Source of the DNA: an uncultured Acidobacteriota bacterium
GTDB taxonomy: Bacteria; Acidobacteriota; Vicinamibacteria; Vicinamibacterales; 2-12-FULL-66-21
Reading direction: 5' to 3'
Length of the DNA stretch: 64,000 nt
NCBI GenBank assembly: GCA_963749835.1
Contig: CAVVOD010000001.1
Span: 3,926,851 to 3,990,850, forward strand
Positions 37,712-46,543 of this stretch are shown here, piece by piece. The stretch's first letter is position 1. Every line of letters starts with the position of its first letter. The notes below the pieces were generated by a model, which saw only the letters and a list, made by a program, of their open reading frames with translations, was not told where the DNA came from and made no database searches. A program made the translations under genes and the position numbers.

Positions 37712-38620
37712 CTATTTGATCCGCACGTCCGTTTCGAAGCGCCGGAACCGGCCGTAGGTGGCATGAGCCTCGATGCGCGAGCGGCCTGTCACGTACAACT
37801 CGTTCATGTCATCGGGCAGCAGCATGTCGAAGCGCTCATGGTGCGCGTAACTGACGAGGATGATCGTGCGGAGGCGGCGGCCCGGGTCGGCGCGCAACTC
37901 CGTCCGGAGGACGGCGCCGGTCCCGGGATCAATCCAGAAGACTCCTTCGGACACGACGTCGCGCCCTTCGGGGGTGCGGATGAGCGTTGGCCGCTGGCGC
38001 TCCTTGAACCTGATCGTCCAGACCGACATGCCGCGCATGGTCGCAGTACCGGATCGCTTGAAGCGAAATCGATCCTGCCGGTCGGGCAGCAGGAACTCCA
38101 GCGGAAGCGTCGGCACGTTGATGGTGCGATACAGATCGCCGAGGTTGAATCCGGCCTGCCTGTCGGCGAGCGCGCGAAGGCGGCTCGCTGTGTCGGCGCG
38201 CGTGTCGCCCAGAAGCGCCTCGATCCGGCCGTGCTCGCCTTCGATCGGCCGTCCATCCACTTCCAGCACCTCGCGGACGCCGAGCCAGGGGCTGCCGGCG
38301 CCGAGGCCGGGCACAATCACGAAATCCGAACGCAGCACCCGCTCCTTCTCACGGGGGCGAGGACCGGGCAGTTGTGTGCGGCTCGTCAGATCGGATCCCG
38401 TTCGCTGAACGTAGCGCTCTTCTGCGACAATCGAGCTCAGCTTTTCGAGATATGCGGCGGAGTATTCCGCGGCCCGGCCGAGCACGGTCTCGAGGTCGGG
38501 CTCGCGGCCATCACCTGCGGCAGACGAGGCTGCGCCGCTCAGACCGATCATCGTCATAATGATCAGGAGCCAGGCGCGATGGACAGGCGGCGGATCGGCG
38601 GGCGTGTGGCGGCGTCTCAT
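37712..38620 (-). CDS. hypothetical secreted protein
   Basis: The likely start MRRRHTPADPPPVHRAWLLIIMTMIGLSGA is at 38620; the longer ORF to 38962 would overlap the divergent gene. No family recognised. Confidence 0.55.
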   Translation of the reverse strand: MRRRHTPADPPPVHRAWLLIIMTMIGLSGAASSAAGDGREPDLETVLGRAAEYSAAYLEKLSSIVAEERYVQRTGSDLTSRTQLPGPRPREKERVLRSDFVIVPGLGAGSPWLGVREVLEVDGRPIEGEHGRIEALLGDTRADTASRLRALADRQAGFNLGDLYRTINVPTLPLEFLLPDRQDRFRFKRSGTATMRGMSVWTIRFKERQRPTLIRTPEGRDVVSEGVFWIDPGTGAVLRTELRADPGRRLRTIILVSYAHHERFDMLLPDDMNELYVTGRSRIEAHATYGRFRRFETDVRIK

Positions 38621-38860
38621 CGAGTCAGAAGAGGCCTGCGAGGACGGTGCGGTCGTCAGCGGACGGCAGTCGAATGATTCAGTGAGCAGAAGCCGTGCCA
38701 CGCTTGACCGGCGAAGGCCGGACGTGCGAATGTCCCTAGCGGCCCGTGCAGAAAATTCTGGCGTCGACCGGCCCGTCCCGCGCGGAAGCCGCGCCGGGGC
38801 CACCGATGCAGCCAGCGTTTCACCACCGGTCAAGTCAGTCAACGCTCCAAGGGAGAGATT

Positions 38861-40456
38861 ATGAGCGACCACGAAGAAGAACCGACGCCCGGCATCTCCA
38901 GGCGCAAATTTGTGACTACGGTTGCGGCAACGGGCGCCGCGTTCACGATCGTGCCGCGTCACGTCCTCGGGCGGGGTTTCCAGGCCCCGAGCGACACCCT
39001 CAACATTGCCACCGTGGGCATCAACGGCCAGGGGTTCCCCAACACGCGAGCGTTGATGGGCGAGAACATCGTGGCGATCTGCGACGTGGATTACAACCTG
39101 CTTGACTCCTCACTCAACCGCTTCAAGGCGGCCGCCGGCGCGCCCGGCTCCGCCGGTGCGGGTCAGCAGCGGCGGCGCGACCCCTCGAAGGCGCAGCTGG
39201 AGGCGAACGCCCGCCGTCCTCCGACCAACGTGTCGGAAAACACGCGCAAGTTCGTCGATCAGCAGCTACCGAAGCTCCAGCGGTACAAGGACTACCGCGA
39301 GATGCTGGACAAGCAGAAGGACATCGACGGCGTCATTGTCGCCACTCCGGACCACATGCACGCCCCCATCGCGTCGGCTGCCATGGATCTCGGGAAGCAC
39401 GTCTACGTCCAGAAGCCTCTCTGCTGGTCCGTGCAGGAAGCGCGGCATCTCGCGCAGAAGGCCAAGACGACGAAGGTCGTGACCCAGATGGGCAACCAGG
39501 GCCACTCGACCGACGGAGCGCGGACCGGCCAGGAATATCTGGCGGCCGGCGCCATCGGCGAAATCAAGGAAGTGCACGTCTGGACGAACCGGCCGCTCGG
39601 CTACTGGCCGCAGGGCGTTCCGCGTCCCGCGCCGCTGCCGCCGGAGAACCCGCAGCGTCCGCTTCGCTGGAACGGCGCCGGCGTCGAGGCACGTCTGGCC
39701 GCAGCGCTGGCCGGCAACTTCCCCGTTCCTGACGGCCTGACCTGGGATCTCTTCCTCGGTGTGGCGCCGGAAGTGGAATATCACCCCATCTACCACCCGT
39801 TCAACTGGCGCGGCTGGGTGGACTGGGGCCAGGGTGCGCTGGGCGACATGGGCGCACACCTGATCGATCATCCGTTCTGGGGACTGAACCTGGGCATGCC
39901 TACCCAGATCGAAACGATCTCCACCCCCTTCAACGGTATCTGTTATCCCAGCGCCACGACGACGTACTACCAGTTCCCTGCGCGAGGGAGCATGCCGGCG
40001 GTCAAGATGACGTGGTATGACGGCGGCTTCAATCCACCGAAGCCGGAAGAGATCGGCGACGAAAAGCTCAACGGCGAAGGGGGAATCCTCTACATCGGCA
40101 CCAAGGGCAAGATGCTGCAGGATACCTACGGCCTGAACCCGCGGCTGCTTCCCCAGTCGCTTCACGAATCCTACGGCACGCCGAAGCAGAAGATCCCGCG
40201 TATCGCGCACGAGGAGCACGAGGTCAACTGGGCCGAGGCGATCAAGGGCAAGGCGGAAATCTCGAGCCCCTTCGATTACTCGGCACGGCTGGTCGAGGTG
40301 ATGCTGCTCGGCGTGGTCTCGCTCCGCGCAGGCGGCAAGATCACGTACGACGGGGCGGCAGGGAAGGTGACGAGTTCCGTGAAGAACGGCAACAATCCCG
40401 TCGATGCCAACCAGTTCCTCTCGCGCGAATATCGGCCCGGTTGGAAACTGACGTAA
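38861..40456 (+). CDS. Gfo/Idh/MocA family oxidoreductase, Tat-exported (paralogue 1)
   Basis: 531 aa. Tat signal ISRRKFVTTVAATGAAF. Rossmann N-terminus IATVGINGQG...ICDVD. GGGAGAG precedes the start. Confidence 0.85.
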   Translation: MSDHEEEPTPGISRRKFVTTVAATGAAFTIVPRHVLGRGFQAPSDTLNIATVGINGQGFPNTRALMGENIVAICDVDYNLLDSSLNRFKAAAGAPGSAGAGQQRRRDPSKAQLEANARRPPTNVSENTRKFVDQQLPKLQRYKDYREMLDKQKDIDGVIVATPDHMHAPIASAAMDLGKHVYVQKPLCWSVQEARHLAQKAKTTKVVTQMGNQGHSTDGARTGQEYLAAGAIGEIKEVHVWTNRPLGYWPQGVPRPAPLPPENPQRPLRWNGAGVEARLAAALAGNFPVPDGLTWDLFLGVAPEVEYHPIYHPFNWRGWVDWGQGALGDMGAHLIDHPFWGLNLGMPTQIETISTPFNGICYPSATTTYYQFPARGSMPAVKMTWYDGGFNPPKPEEIGDEKLNGEGGILYIGTKGKMLQDTYGLNPRLLPQSLHESYGTPKQKIPRIAHEEHEVNWAEAIKGKAEISSPFDYSARLVEVMLLGVVSLRAGGKITYDGAAGKVTSSVKNGNNPVDANQFLSREYRPGWKLT

Positions 40457-40466
40457 CGCATCACAT

Positions 40467-40643
40467 GGTGCCAAGGGTGCCAAGGTGCCAGAGTGCCAGG
40501 GGTGCCAAAGTGCCAAGGGGTGCCAGAGTGCCAGGGGTGCAACAGTGTCAGGGTGCGACGCTGCTGCATAGCACGTAGCACTCTGGCACCTTGGCACCTT
40601 TGGCACCCTGGCACCGTGGCACCTGGCACTGACTGGCACTGAC
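40467..40643. repeat. long inverted pair of short-period arrays (GTGCCA units vs TGGCAC units)
   Basis: About 9 GGTGCCA[AG][AG] units (40467-40541), a centre containing CATAGCACGTAGCAC, then about 8 TGGCACC units (40583-40643). The arms are reverse complements of each other. Confidence 0.85.
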
Positions 40644-40658
40644 GTAAGCGAGGCCCCC

Positions 40659-42266
40659 ATGAGCGAGCGTGACGAGAAAGATCCGACCGGAACCGTTGGC
40701 GGCGTGTCCCGGCGAACATTCGTGCGGACGGCCGCGGCTACAGGCGCGGGCCTGACGATCGTGCCGCGCCACGTGCTCGGTCGCGGATTCCAGGCGCCGA
40801 GCGACACGGTCAACATCGCGACGGTGGGGATCGGCGGGATGGGCGGGTCGAACACGCGCAATCTCATGAGTCAGAACATCGTCGCCGTCTGCGACGTGGA
40901 TGCCGGGCACATGGAGGCCCGCTTCGCGATCTACAAGGCGGACCTGGCGCGGATGCAGGCCGCGGCGCCTCCGCCCGCGCCTCAGCGGCAGCGGACCAAG
41001 GCGCAGCTCGACGCGAATGCGCGGCGCGCGCCCCAGAACGGCCGCGAGAACCTGACACGGTTCATGGACGTGCAGTTCCCGAAGATCCAGCGGCACAAGG
41101 ACTACCGCCTGATGCTCGAGCAGCAGAAGGACATCGACGCGGTCGTCGTCGCCACCCCTGATCACATGCACGCGGCCATTGCGTCGGCGGCGATGGACGC
41201 CGGCAAGCACGTCTACGTGCAGAAACCCCTCTGCTGGTCGGTCCAGGAAGCACGCCACCTTGCGCAGAAAGCCAGGGCGACCAACGTCGTGACCCAGATG
41301 GGCAACCAGGGACACTCGATGGACGGCGCGCGGCTCGGGTACGAATACCTCGCCGCCGGGGCGATCGGCGACATTCGCGAGATTCACGTCTGGACGAACC
41401 GTCCGCTCGGCTACTGGCCACAGGGCATCCCGCGGCCGAAGGCGCTGCCCCCGCCGAATCCGCAGCGTCCGCTGGAATGGAACGGCCAGGGCGTGGAAGC
41501 CCGGCTTGCCGCCGCGCTCGCCGGCAACTATCCGATGCCGGATGGCCTGTCGTGGGAGCTCTTTCTCGGCGTCGCGCCGGACGTCGAGTATCACCCGCTC
41601 TATCATCCGCACAGCTGGCGCGGCTGGGTGGACTGGGGCCAGGGCGCCCTCGGCGACATGGGCGCGCACCTCATCGATCATCCGTTCTGGGCGCTCGATC
41701 TCGGCATGCCCACTTCGATCGAAACGCTCTCTACGCCGTTCAACGGCGTGTGCTATCCGAGCGCGACGAAAACCTATTATGAATTCGCGGCCCGCGGCAG
41801 CATGCCGGCGGTGAAGCTGACCTGGTACGACGGCGGCTTCTATCCGCCGAAGCCGGAGGAGATCGGCGACGAAAAGCTCAACGGCGAGGGGGGCATCCTC
41901 TACATCGGCAGCAAGGGCAAGATGATGCAGGAGACGTACGGGCTCAACCCGCGCCTGCTCCCCCAGTCGCTGCACGAATCGTACGGCGCACCGAAGACGA
42001 AGCTCGCGCGCGTGACCCACGAAGAGCACGAGATGAACTGGGTCGAGGCCATCAAGGGCAAGGCGGAAATCTCCTGCCCCTTCGACTACGCCGCCCGCCT
42101 CACCGAGGTCATGCTGCTCGGAATCGTCGCGCTGCGCGCCGGCGGGAAGATCTATTACGACGGCGAGAAGGGGCGCGTCACCAACACCATCAAGAACGGC
42201 AACAACCAGATCGATCCGAACGAGTTCCTGGCACGCGACTACCGTCAGGGCTGGAAGCTGACGTAA
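40659..42266 (+). CDS. Gfo/Idh/MocA family oxidoreductase, Tat-exported (paralogue 2)
   Basis: 535 aa. Tat signal VSRRTFVRTAAATGAGL. Collinear with paralogue 1 and roughly four-fifths identical by eye. Both end ...GWKLT. Confidence 0.85.
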   Translation: MSERDEKDPTGTVGGVSRRTFVRTAAATGAGLTIVPRHVLGRGFQAPSDTVNIATVGIGGMGGSNTRNLMSQNIVAVCDVDAGHMEARFAIYKADLARMQAAAPPPAPQRQRTKAQLDANARRAPQNGRENLTRFMDVQFPKIQRHKDYRLMLEQQKDIDAVVVATPDHMHAAIASAAMDAGKHVYVQKPLCWSVQEARHLAQKARATNVVTQMGNQGHSMDGARLGYEYLAAGAIGDIREIHVWTNRPLGYWPQGIPRPKALPPPNPQRPLEWNGQGVEARLAAALAGNYPMPDGLSWELFLGVAPDVEYHPLYHPHSWRGWVDWGQGALGDMGAHLIDHPFWALDLGMPTSIETLSTPFNGVCYPSATKTYYEFAARGSMPAVKLTWYDGGFYPPKPEEIGDEKLNGEGGILYIGSKGKMMQETYGLNPRLLPQSLHESYGAPKTKLARVTHEEHEMNWVEAIKGKAEISCPFDYAARLTEVMLLGIVALRAGGKIYYDGEKGRVTNTIKNGNNQIDPNEFLARDYRQGWKLT

Positions 42267-42336
42267 CTGGAAGATCAGACAACACGTGCGCCCCGCCGGG
42301 GGTGCGGCAGAGAGGGCCACACAGCGTAATCACCCT

Positions 42337-43653
42337 ATGAACAAAGCTATTCGCTTCAAGCTGATCCTGATGATGGTGCTGGAGTTCTTCATCTGGGGAG
42401 CATGGTTTCCGCTGATCTTCGCCTATCTCCCCAGCCTCGGCTTCACCCCCGGACAACAGACCTGGATTCTCAACGCGTTCCCGATCGCCGCCATCGTCGG
42501 CATGTTCTTCAGCAACCAGTTCGCGGACCGGAACTTCGCCGCCGAACGCTTCCTCGCCGTCAGCCATCTCATCTCCGGCGTGGCGATGCTGTCACTCGCC
42601 TGGACGCACTCATTCTGGCCGTTCTTCGGCGCCATGCTCGTGCACTGCCTGCTGTACGTGCCGACGATTTCGATCACCAACTCCATCGCGTTCGCGCAGA
42701 TGAAGGACGCGCAGAAGGAATTCGGCATCGTGCGCATGGGCGGGACCGTCGGCTGGATTCTCGCCGCCTGGCCGTTCACGTTCATCCTCGTCGACTGGGA
42801 CAGGGTCCGGGCGGCCGATCCACAGGGCATCGTCGACTGGATCGGCACCGTGCTCGCTTCAGGTCTGACCGGGCCGGCGCTGCAGGCCGGCACCACGTGG
42901 ACGTTCATCGTGGCCGGCGCCGCGTCGCTGCTCCTGGCGGCCTTCAGCCTGACGCTTCCGCACACGCCGCCGCGGCCCGCCGAGACCGGCGCACCCAAGT
43001 TCGCATGGCTCGAAGCCATGAAGCTGCTGGGGAGGCCCTTCATCCTGGTGCTCTGGATCGTGACGCTGATCGACGCCACGGTGCACAACCTGTTCTTCAA
43101 CTGGGCCGCGCGGTTTCTCGGCAGCGAACGGGTCGCGGGCGGTGTCGGGATCGCGGGCAACTGGATCATGCCGGTCATGAGCATCGGCCAGGTCGCCGAG
43201 ATCCTCACGATGCTGATTCTCGGGATCACATTGAAGAAACTCGGCTGGCGAGCGACGATGATCGTGGGCATTCTCGGACACGCCGCTCGTTTTGCGGTCT
43301 TCGCGCTGCTGCCCGATCACATGTACGTGATCATCCTGATCAACGTGCTGCACGGCGTCTGCTACGCCTTCTTCTTCGCGACGGTCTACATCTTCGTGGA
43401 CGAGTTCTTCCCGAAGGACGCGAGGGCCAGCGCGCAGGGACTGTTCAACCTGATGATTCTTGGTTTCGGGCCGCTGGTGGCGAACTCGGTTGGCCCGATG
43501 CTAATCGAAGAGACCTTCAACCACGGTGGCGTGGTTGATTTCAGGAGCCTCTTCCTGGTCGCCTGCGGCACCGCCGTTGCCGGCGCCGTCGCACTGGCCC
43601 TGCTCTTCCATCCGCCGGCCCAGGCCGTGCCGGTGAGAAGGGCGCATGTGTAG
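42337..43653 (+). CDS. MFS transporter, nucleoside:H+ symporter-like
   Basis: Start MNKAIRFKLILMMVLEFFIWGAWFPLIF at 42337. About 12 TM segments. The N-terminal motif resembles the NupG/XapB-type family. Confidence 0.75.
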   Translation: MNKAIRFKLILMMVLEFFIWGAWFPLIFAYLPSLGFTPGQQTWILNAFPIAAIVGMFFSNQFADRNFAAERFLAVSHLISGVAMLSLAWTHSFWPFFGAMLVHCLLYVPTISITNSIAFAQMKDAQKEFGIVRMGGTVGWILAAWPFTFILVDWDRVRAADPQGIVDWIGTVLASGLTGPALQAGTTWTFIVAGAASLLLAAFSLTLPHTPPRPAETGAPKFAWLEAMKLLGRPFILVLWIVTLIDATVHNLFFNWAARFLGSERVAGGVGIAGNWIMPVMSIGQVAEILTMLILGITLKKLGWRATMIVGILGHAARFAVFALLPDHMYVIILINVLHGVCYAFFFATVYIFVDEFFPKDARASAQGLFNLMILGFGPLVANSVGPMLIEETFNHGGVVDFRSLFLVACGTAVAGAVALALLFHPPAQAVPVRRAHV

Positions 43654-43660
43654 GGCAGTC

Positions 43661-43736
43661 ATCAGCTATCAGCTCTCAGACTTCAGCTGTCAGCAAAACT
43701 GACAGCTGAGAGCTGATGTCTGAGAGCTGGCCGTGG
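43661..43736. terminator. CAGCT-heptamer palindrome; candidate bidirectional terminator
   Basis: Perfect 11-bp stem TCAGCTGTCAG/CTGACAGCTGA with loop CAAAA (43683-43709), flanked by further imperfect complementary heptamers. Lies between convergent gene ends 43653 and 43745. Confidence 0.45.
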
Positions 43737-43744
43737 GAGTGGGT

Positions 43745-45883
43745 TTACCTCCCCGCTTCCACGGCCTCGCCCGCTCCCATCTCCCGCGACCGTGCCGCCA
43801 CGGCCCCGATGTAGCAGAGCGCGATCACCACGAGGAGCGCGCGATAGCCGCTGACGAGCGACAGGTACTCCCCCACGCCGCCCACCATGGCGCCGAGCAG
43901 GTTGACGCCATAATCACGTGTCAGCGTCGTCGAGCGCGCGATCGCCGAGCCGAAGAGCAGCCCCGCGCAGAGGATCGGACTGAAGACGAGCACGGCGTAG
44001 AAGATGGATTCGGTGACACGGCTATCGAACGTCACCCGTCCGATCGGCACCAGGTAGTTCACCCCGAGCAGCGCCACCAGCGTACCGCCCACCACCCAGG
44101 GGCGCGTAATCGTCTTCCGCGCGACGACGGCGTTCGCGATGAGTGCCATGGTCAGTACCGACGCGATGGCGACGGATGCGACCACCCACGTCGAGCCCCA
44201 CAGCAGCGCGAACTGGATGATGGACTTCGTCTCCAGCAGCATGAAGCCCGCACCGAGCAGGAAAAACTGCCAGGACCACCCTGAGGGACGGCCGGCGGTC
44301 CCGGAGCCGAGAATCCTGAGCGCACCCAGCACGGCCAGCGTCGAGACGACGAGCACGATCGCCAGCGCCACGACGTAGTGACGCGGCACGTGACGGTCGC
44401 GCATGTACAGGAACGGCCAGTCGTCGGACGCCGGTTCGATCGCGGGATCGCGCTCGTGCATGCGTGCCGGACTGGGTGCGTGCGACTGGTTGAAGGCCGT
44501 CACCTGGTCCGGGATGCGCGGCGGTGCGGTGAGCTGCGCCAGGCGTGGACCGGCCATCAGCACGCCGAGAAACGCGCGCGCCTCGTGGACGTGAACCCAT
44601 GGCTCGTGGCCGAATGCGGCGGCCGCGGTGTTCGCGAGCCGATCGACGAGCCAGCGCTCGCGGAAGTAGTTGTAGACGATGAGGACGCCGTCCGGTTTGA
44701 GGCGATCGCGCACGTTCTCGAACGACTCGACGGTGAACATGTAGCTTTCCAGCCGCACGCCGGAAAAGCTCGACTGCATCGTCAGCGAATCGATGAGCGC
44801 GAAGACGACAAGGTCGTACTTCTTCTGCGTCGTACGGAGGAAGTGCCGGGCGTCGTCGTTGATGACGGTGACGCGCGGGTCGGAGTACGGATGATCGGGA
44901 TGGTACTCGCGGCCCAGCCGGATGATCGCGGGGTCGATTTCAACCGCGTCCACGTGCTTGACGCCGTGGCGAAGCGCGGCGGCCACGTCCGTGCCCGAGC
45001 CGGAGCCCAGGATCAGAACGTCCTGGAACGTGTCGCCGAACGCGCTGTAGGGCCACTGGTAGAAGTATTCCTTCTGCTCGACCGGCGCCATCGACTGGTG
45101 GAAGATGTTGTTGACCTCGACGACCGTGTCGGGCCCTTCCTGGCTGACGGTGATCTTGTAGTACGGCGACCAGATGGCGCCACGCGCCATCACGGAGACG
45201 AGCGCCAGTGAGCCGGCGAGCAGCACGAGATTGACGCCGATGAGCAGCCTCGACGGCCGGCCGGAGCCGGCGACGACGGATCCGGCCCGGGGACCCTCGA
45301 TCCCGAGCACGCCCGGACGCGCGTCGGATGTGAGCAGCAGCGGAACCGCCGACGCGAACGCCAGCCCGAACCACAGGGGCGGAGGGAGCTCGAGCCACGA
45401 GATCACGCCGAGCGTCACGACGCCCGCGAGGCTGCCGGCCAGATTGAACGTGTAAGCCCTGAGCGGCGGCAACTGCGCCATCTCGCGTCCCATCCGCTGC
45501 GCCAGCGTCGCGAAAAGCGCCGCCACGATGATGAACAGCACGGGCAGGAGCATCGTGCTCTCGACGAGCACCACCTTGTCGGACGTGCCGCTCGAAAAGT
45601 AGATGCTGCCGGCGGTGGGGATCGACACTTCGAGCTTGAAGAAATAGACCGCCGCAATCACGGCCGCCTGGACCAGCGGGAACCAGTTGAACAGCCGCGA
45701 TCGTGCGGGCGCCAGCAGGCAGCCGATGCCGATGCCGAGAAAGCTCGCCAGCAGGATGAAGTTCGAGAAATACGAGAGCAGCCGGATATACGCCGGCATC
45801 CAGCGGATCAGGGCAATCTCGAGAAAGAGGACGAGGAACGAAGCAAGAAAGACGCGCGTCGCGCGCATGCCGTCGGAAGTCAT
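43745..45883 (-). CDS. spermidine-synthase-like (class I methyltransferase-fold) domain flanked by polytopic membrane domains
   Basis: The start MTSDGMRATRVFLASF at 45883 overlaps the upstream stop (ATGA). About 7 N-terminal and about 6 C-terminal TM helices. Central block VLILGSGSGTDVAAALRHGVKHVDAVEIDPAII...VINDDARHFL...YDLVVFALIDS. Confidence 0.75.
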   Translation of the reverse strand: MTSDGMRATRVFLASFLVLFLEIALIRWMPAYIRLLSYFSNFILLASFLGIGIGCLLAPARSRLFNWFPLVQAAVIAAVYFFKLEVSIPTAGSIYFSSGTSDKVVLVESTMLLPVLFIIVAALFATLAQRMGREMAQLPPLRAYTFNLAGSLAGVVTLGVISWLELPPPLWFGLAFASAVPLLLTSDARPGVLGIEGPRAGSVVAGSGRPSRLLIGVNLVLLAGSLALVSVMARGAIWSPYYKITVSQEGPDTVVEVNNIFHQSMAPVEQKEYFYQWPYSAFGDTFQDVLILGSGSGTDVAAALRHGVKHVDAVEIDPAIIRLGREYHPDHPYSDPRVTVINDDARHFLRTTQKKYDLVVFALIDSLTMQSSFSGVRLESYMFTVESFENVRDRLKPDGVLIVYNYFRERWLVDRLANTAAAAFGHEPWVHVHEARAFLGVLMAGPRLAQLTAPPRIPDQVTAFNQSHAPSPARMHERDPAIEPASDDWPFLYMRDRHVPRHYVVALAIVLVVSTLAVLGALRILGSGTAGRPSGWSWQFFLLGAGFMLLETKSIIQFALLWGSTWVVASVAIASVLTMALIANAVVARKTITRPWVVGGTLVALLGVNYLVPIGRVTFDSRVTESIFYAVLVFSPILCAGLLFGSAIARSTTLTRDYGVNLLGAMVGGVGEYLSLVSGYRALLVVIALCYIGAVAARSREMGAGEAVEAGR

Positions 45884-46491
45884 GCCTGCGGCGTGAGGCC
45901 CAGCTTCCTGACGACCTCCTCCGGGCATCCCTTCCACTCGGCCACACCGGTGTTTCCCATGTACTGCAAATCGTCGATTCCCATCTTGGTGGTCCAGAAC
46001 CCGCTCGACGTGAGGTCCCGGAAGCTCGTGAAGAAATTGACGCCGTGCGACAGCGCCGGTGTGCCGCGCTGCGGCCACGCGATGTCGTCGAGGAGCGCCG
46101 TCTGCTGCGCCGCCGTGCAGGCGAGGAACAGCTTGTCGTGCCGGTCGAGGCACTCGCGATCGATCCACGCGAGCCCGCCGCGCATCGCGGTCTGACGGGC
46201 GGGCTGATCGACCATCATGAAGTCCATGAACTCCGGCACCTTCGCATCGGTCGCGCTGCCGGAGCGTTCATCCTTCGGGATGATCAGGTCGACGAGCACC
46301 CGCACGGTCGCGTATTCGTGCGCGGTGAAGAACTTCGGCTTGAAGAGGGCGCGGCTCCCCTGTGCGGCCGTCCGTGCGGCCTGGACCTGCTGGTGCGCCT
46401 CGAGCGCTTCAGCCTCGGTCCAGACAAAGCCTGCGGCGACCGGAGCCGAAGAGATCAGCTTGAGCAGCGTGCGGCGATCGATGTCGTTCAT
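45880..46491 (-). CDS. gluconate 2-dehydrogenase subunit 3 family protein (Tat hitch-hiker small subunit)
   Basis: 203 aa. Tat signal IDRRTLLKLISSAPVAAG. FFTAHEYATVRVLVDLIIP block typical of this small-subunit family. Confidence 0.8.
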   Translation of the reverse strand: MNDIDRRTLLKLISSAPVAAGFVWTEAEALEAHQQVQAARTAAQGSRALFKPKFFTAHEYATVRVLVDLIIPKDERSGSATDAKVPEFMDFMMVDQPARQTAMRGGLAWIDRECLDRHDKLFLACTAAQQTALLDDIAWPQRGTPALSHGVNFFTSFRDLTSSGFWTTKMGIDDLQYMGNTGVAEWKGCPEEVVRKLGLTPQA

Positions 46492-46543
46492 AATCAGTGT
46501 CCGCGACGGATGCCGGCGGTTCCGCGTACAACCGGGCGCGTCG

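Noticed and set aside
40583-40643. Sigma-54 promoter(s) suggested by multiple TGGCAC motifs upstream of the second oxidoreductase gene (also at 35545-35620)
   Set aside because: None of the TGGCAC copies is followed at the required 5-nt spacing by TTGC[AT]; the next element is always another GGCAC unit out of register. The motif is better explained as a tandem-repeat unit.
43745-46168. 95-aa N-terminal extension of the spermidine-synthase-like protein, and similar extensions (42286 for the MFS transporter, 38962 for the hypothetical protein, 51908 for the coiled-coil protein)
   Set aside because: The extensions overlap neighbouring genes or repeat arrays and have Arg/Gly/Pro-rich composition. 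Internal starts with hydrophobic or Tat-type N-termini, or with start/stop coupling, are more plausible.
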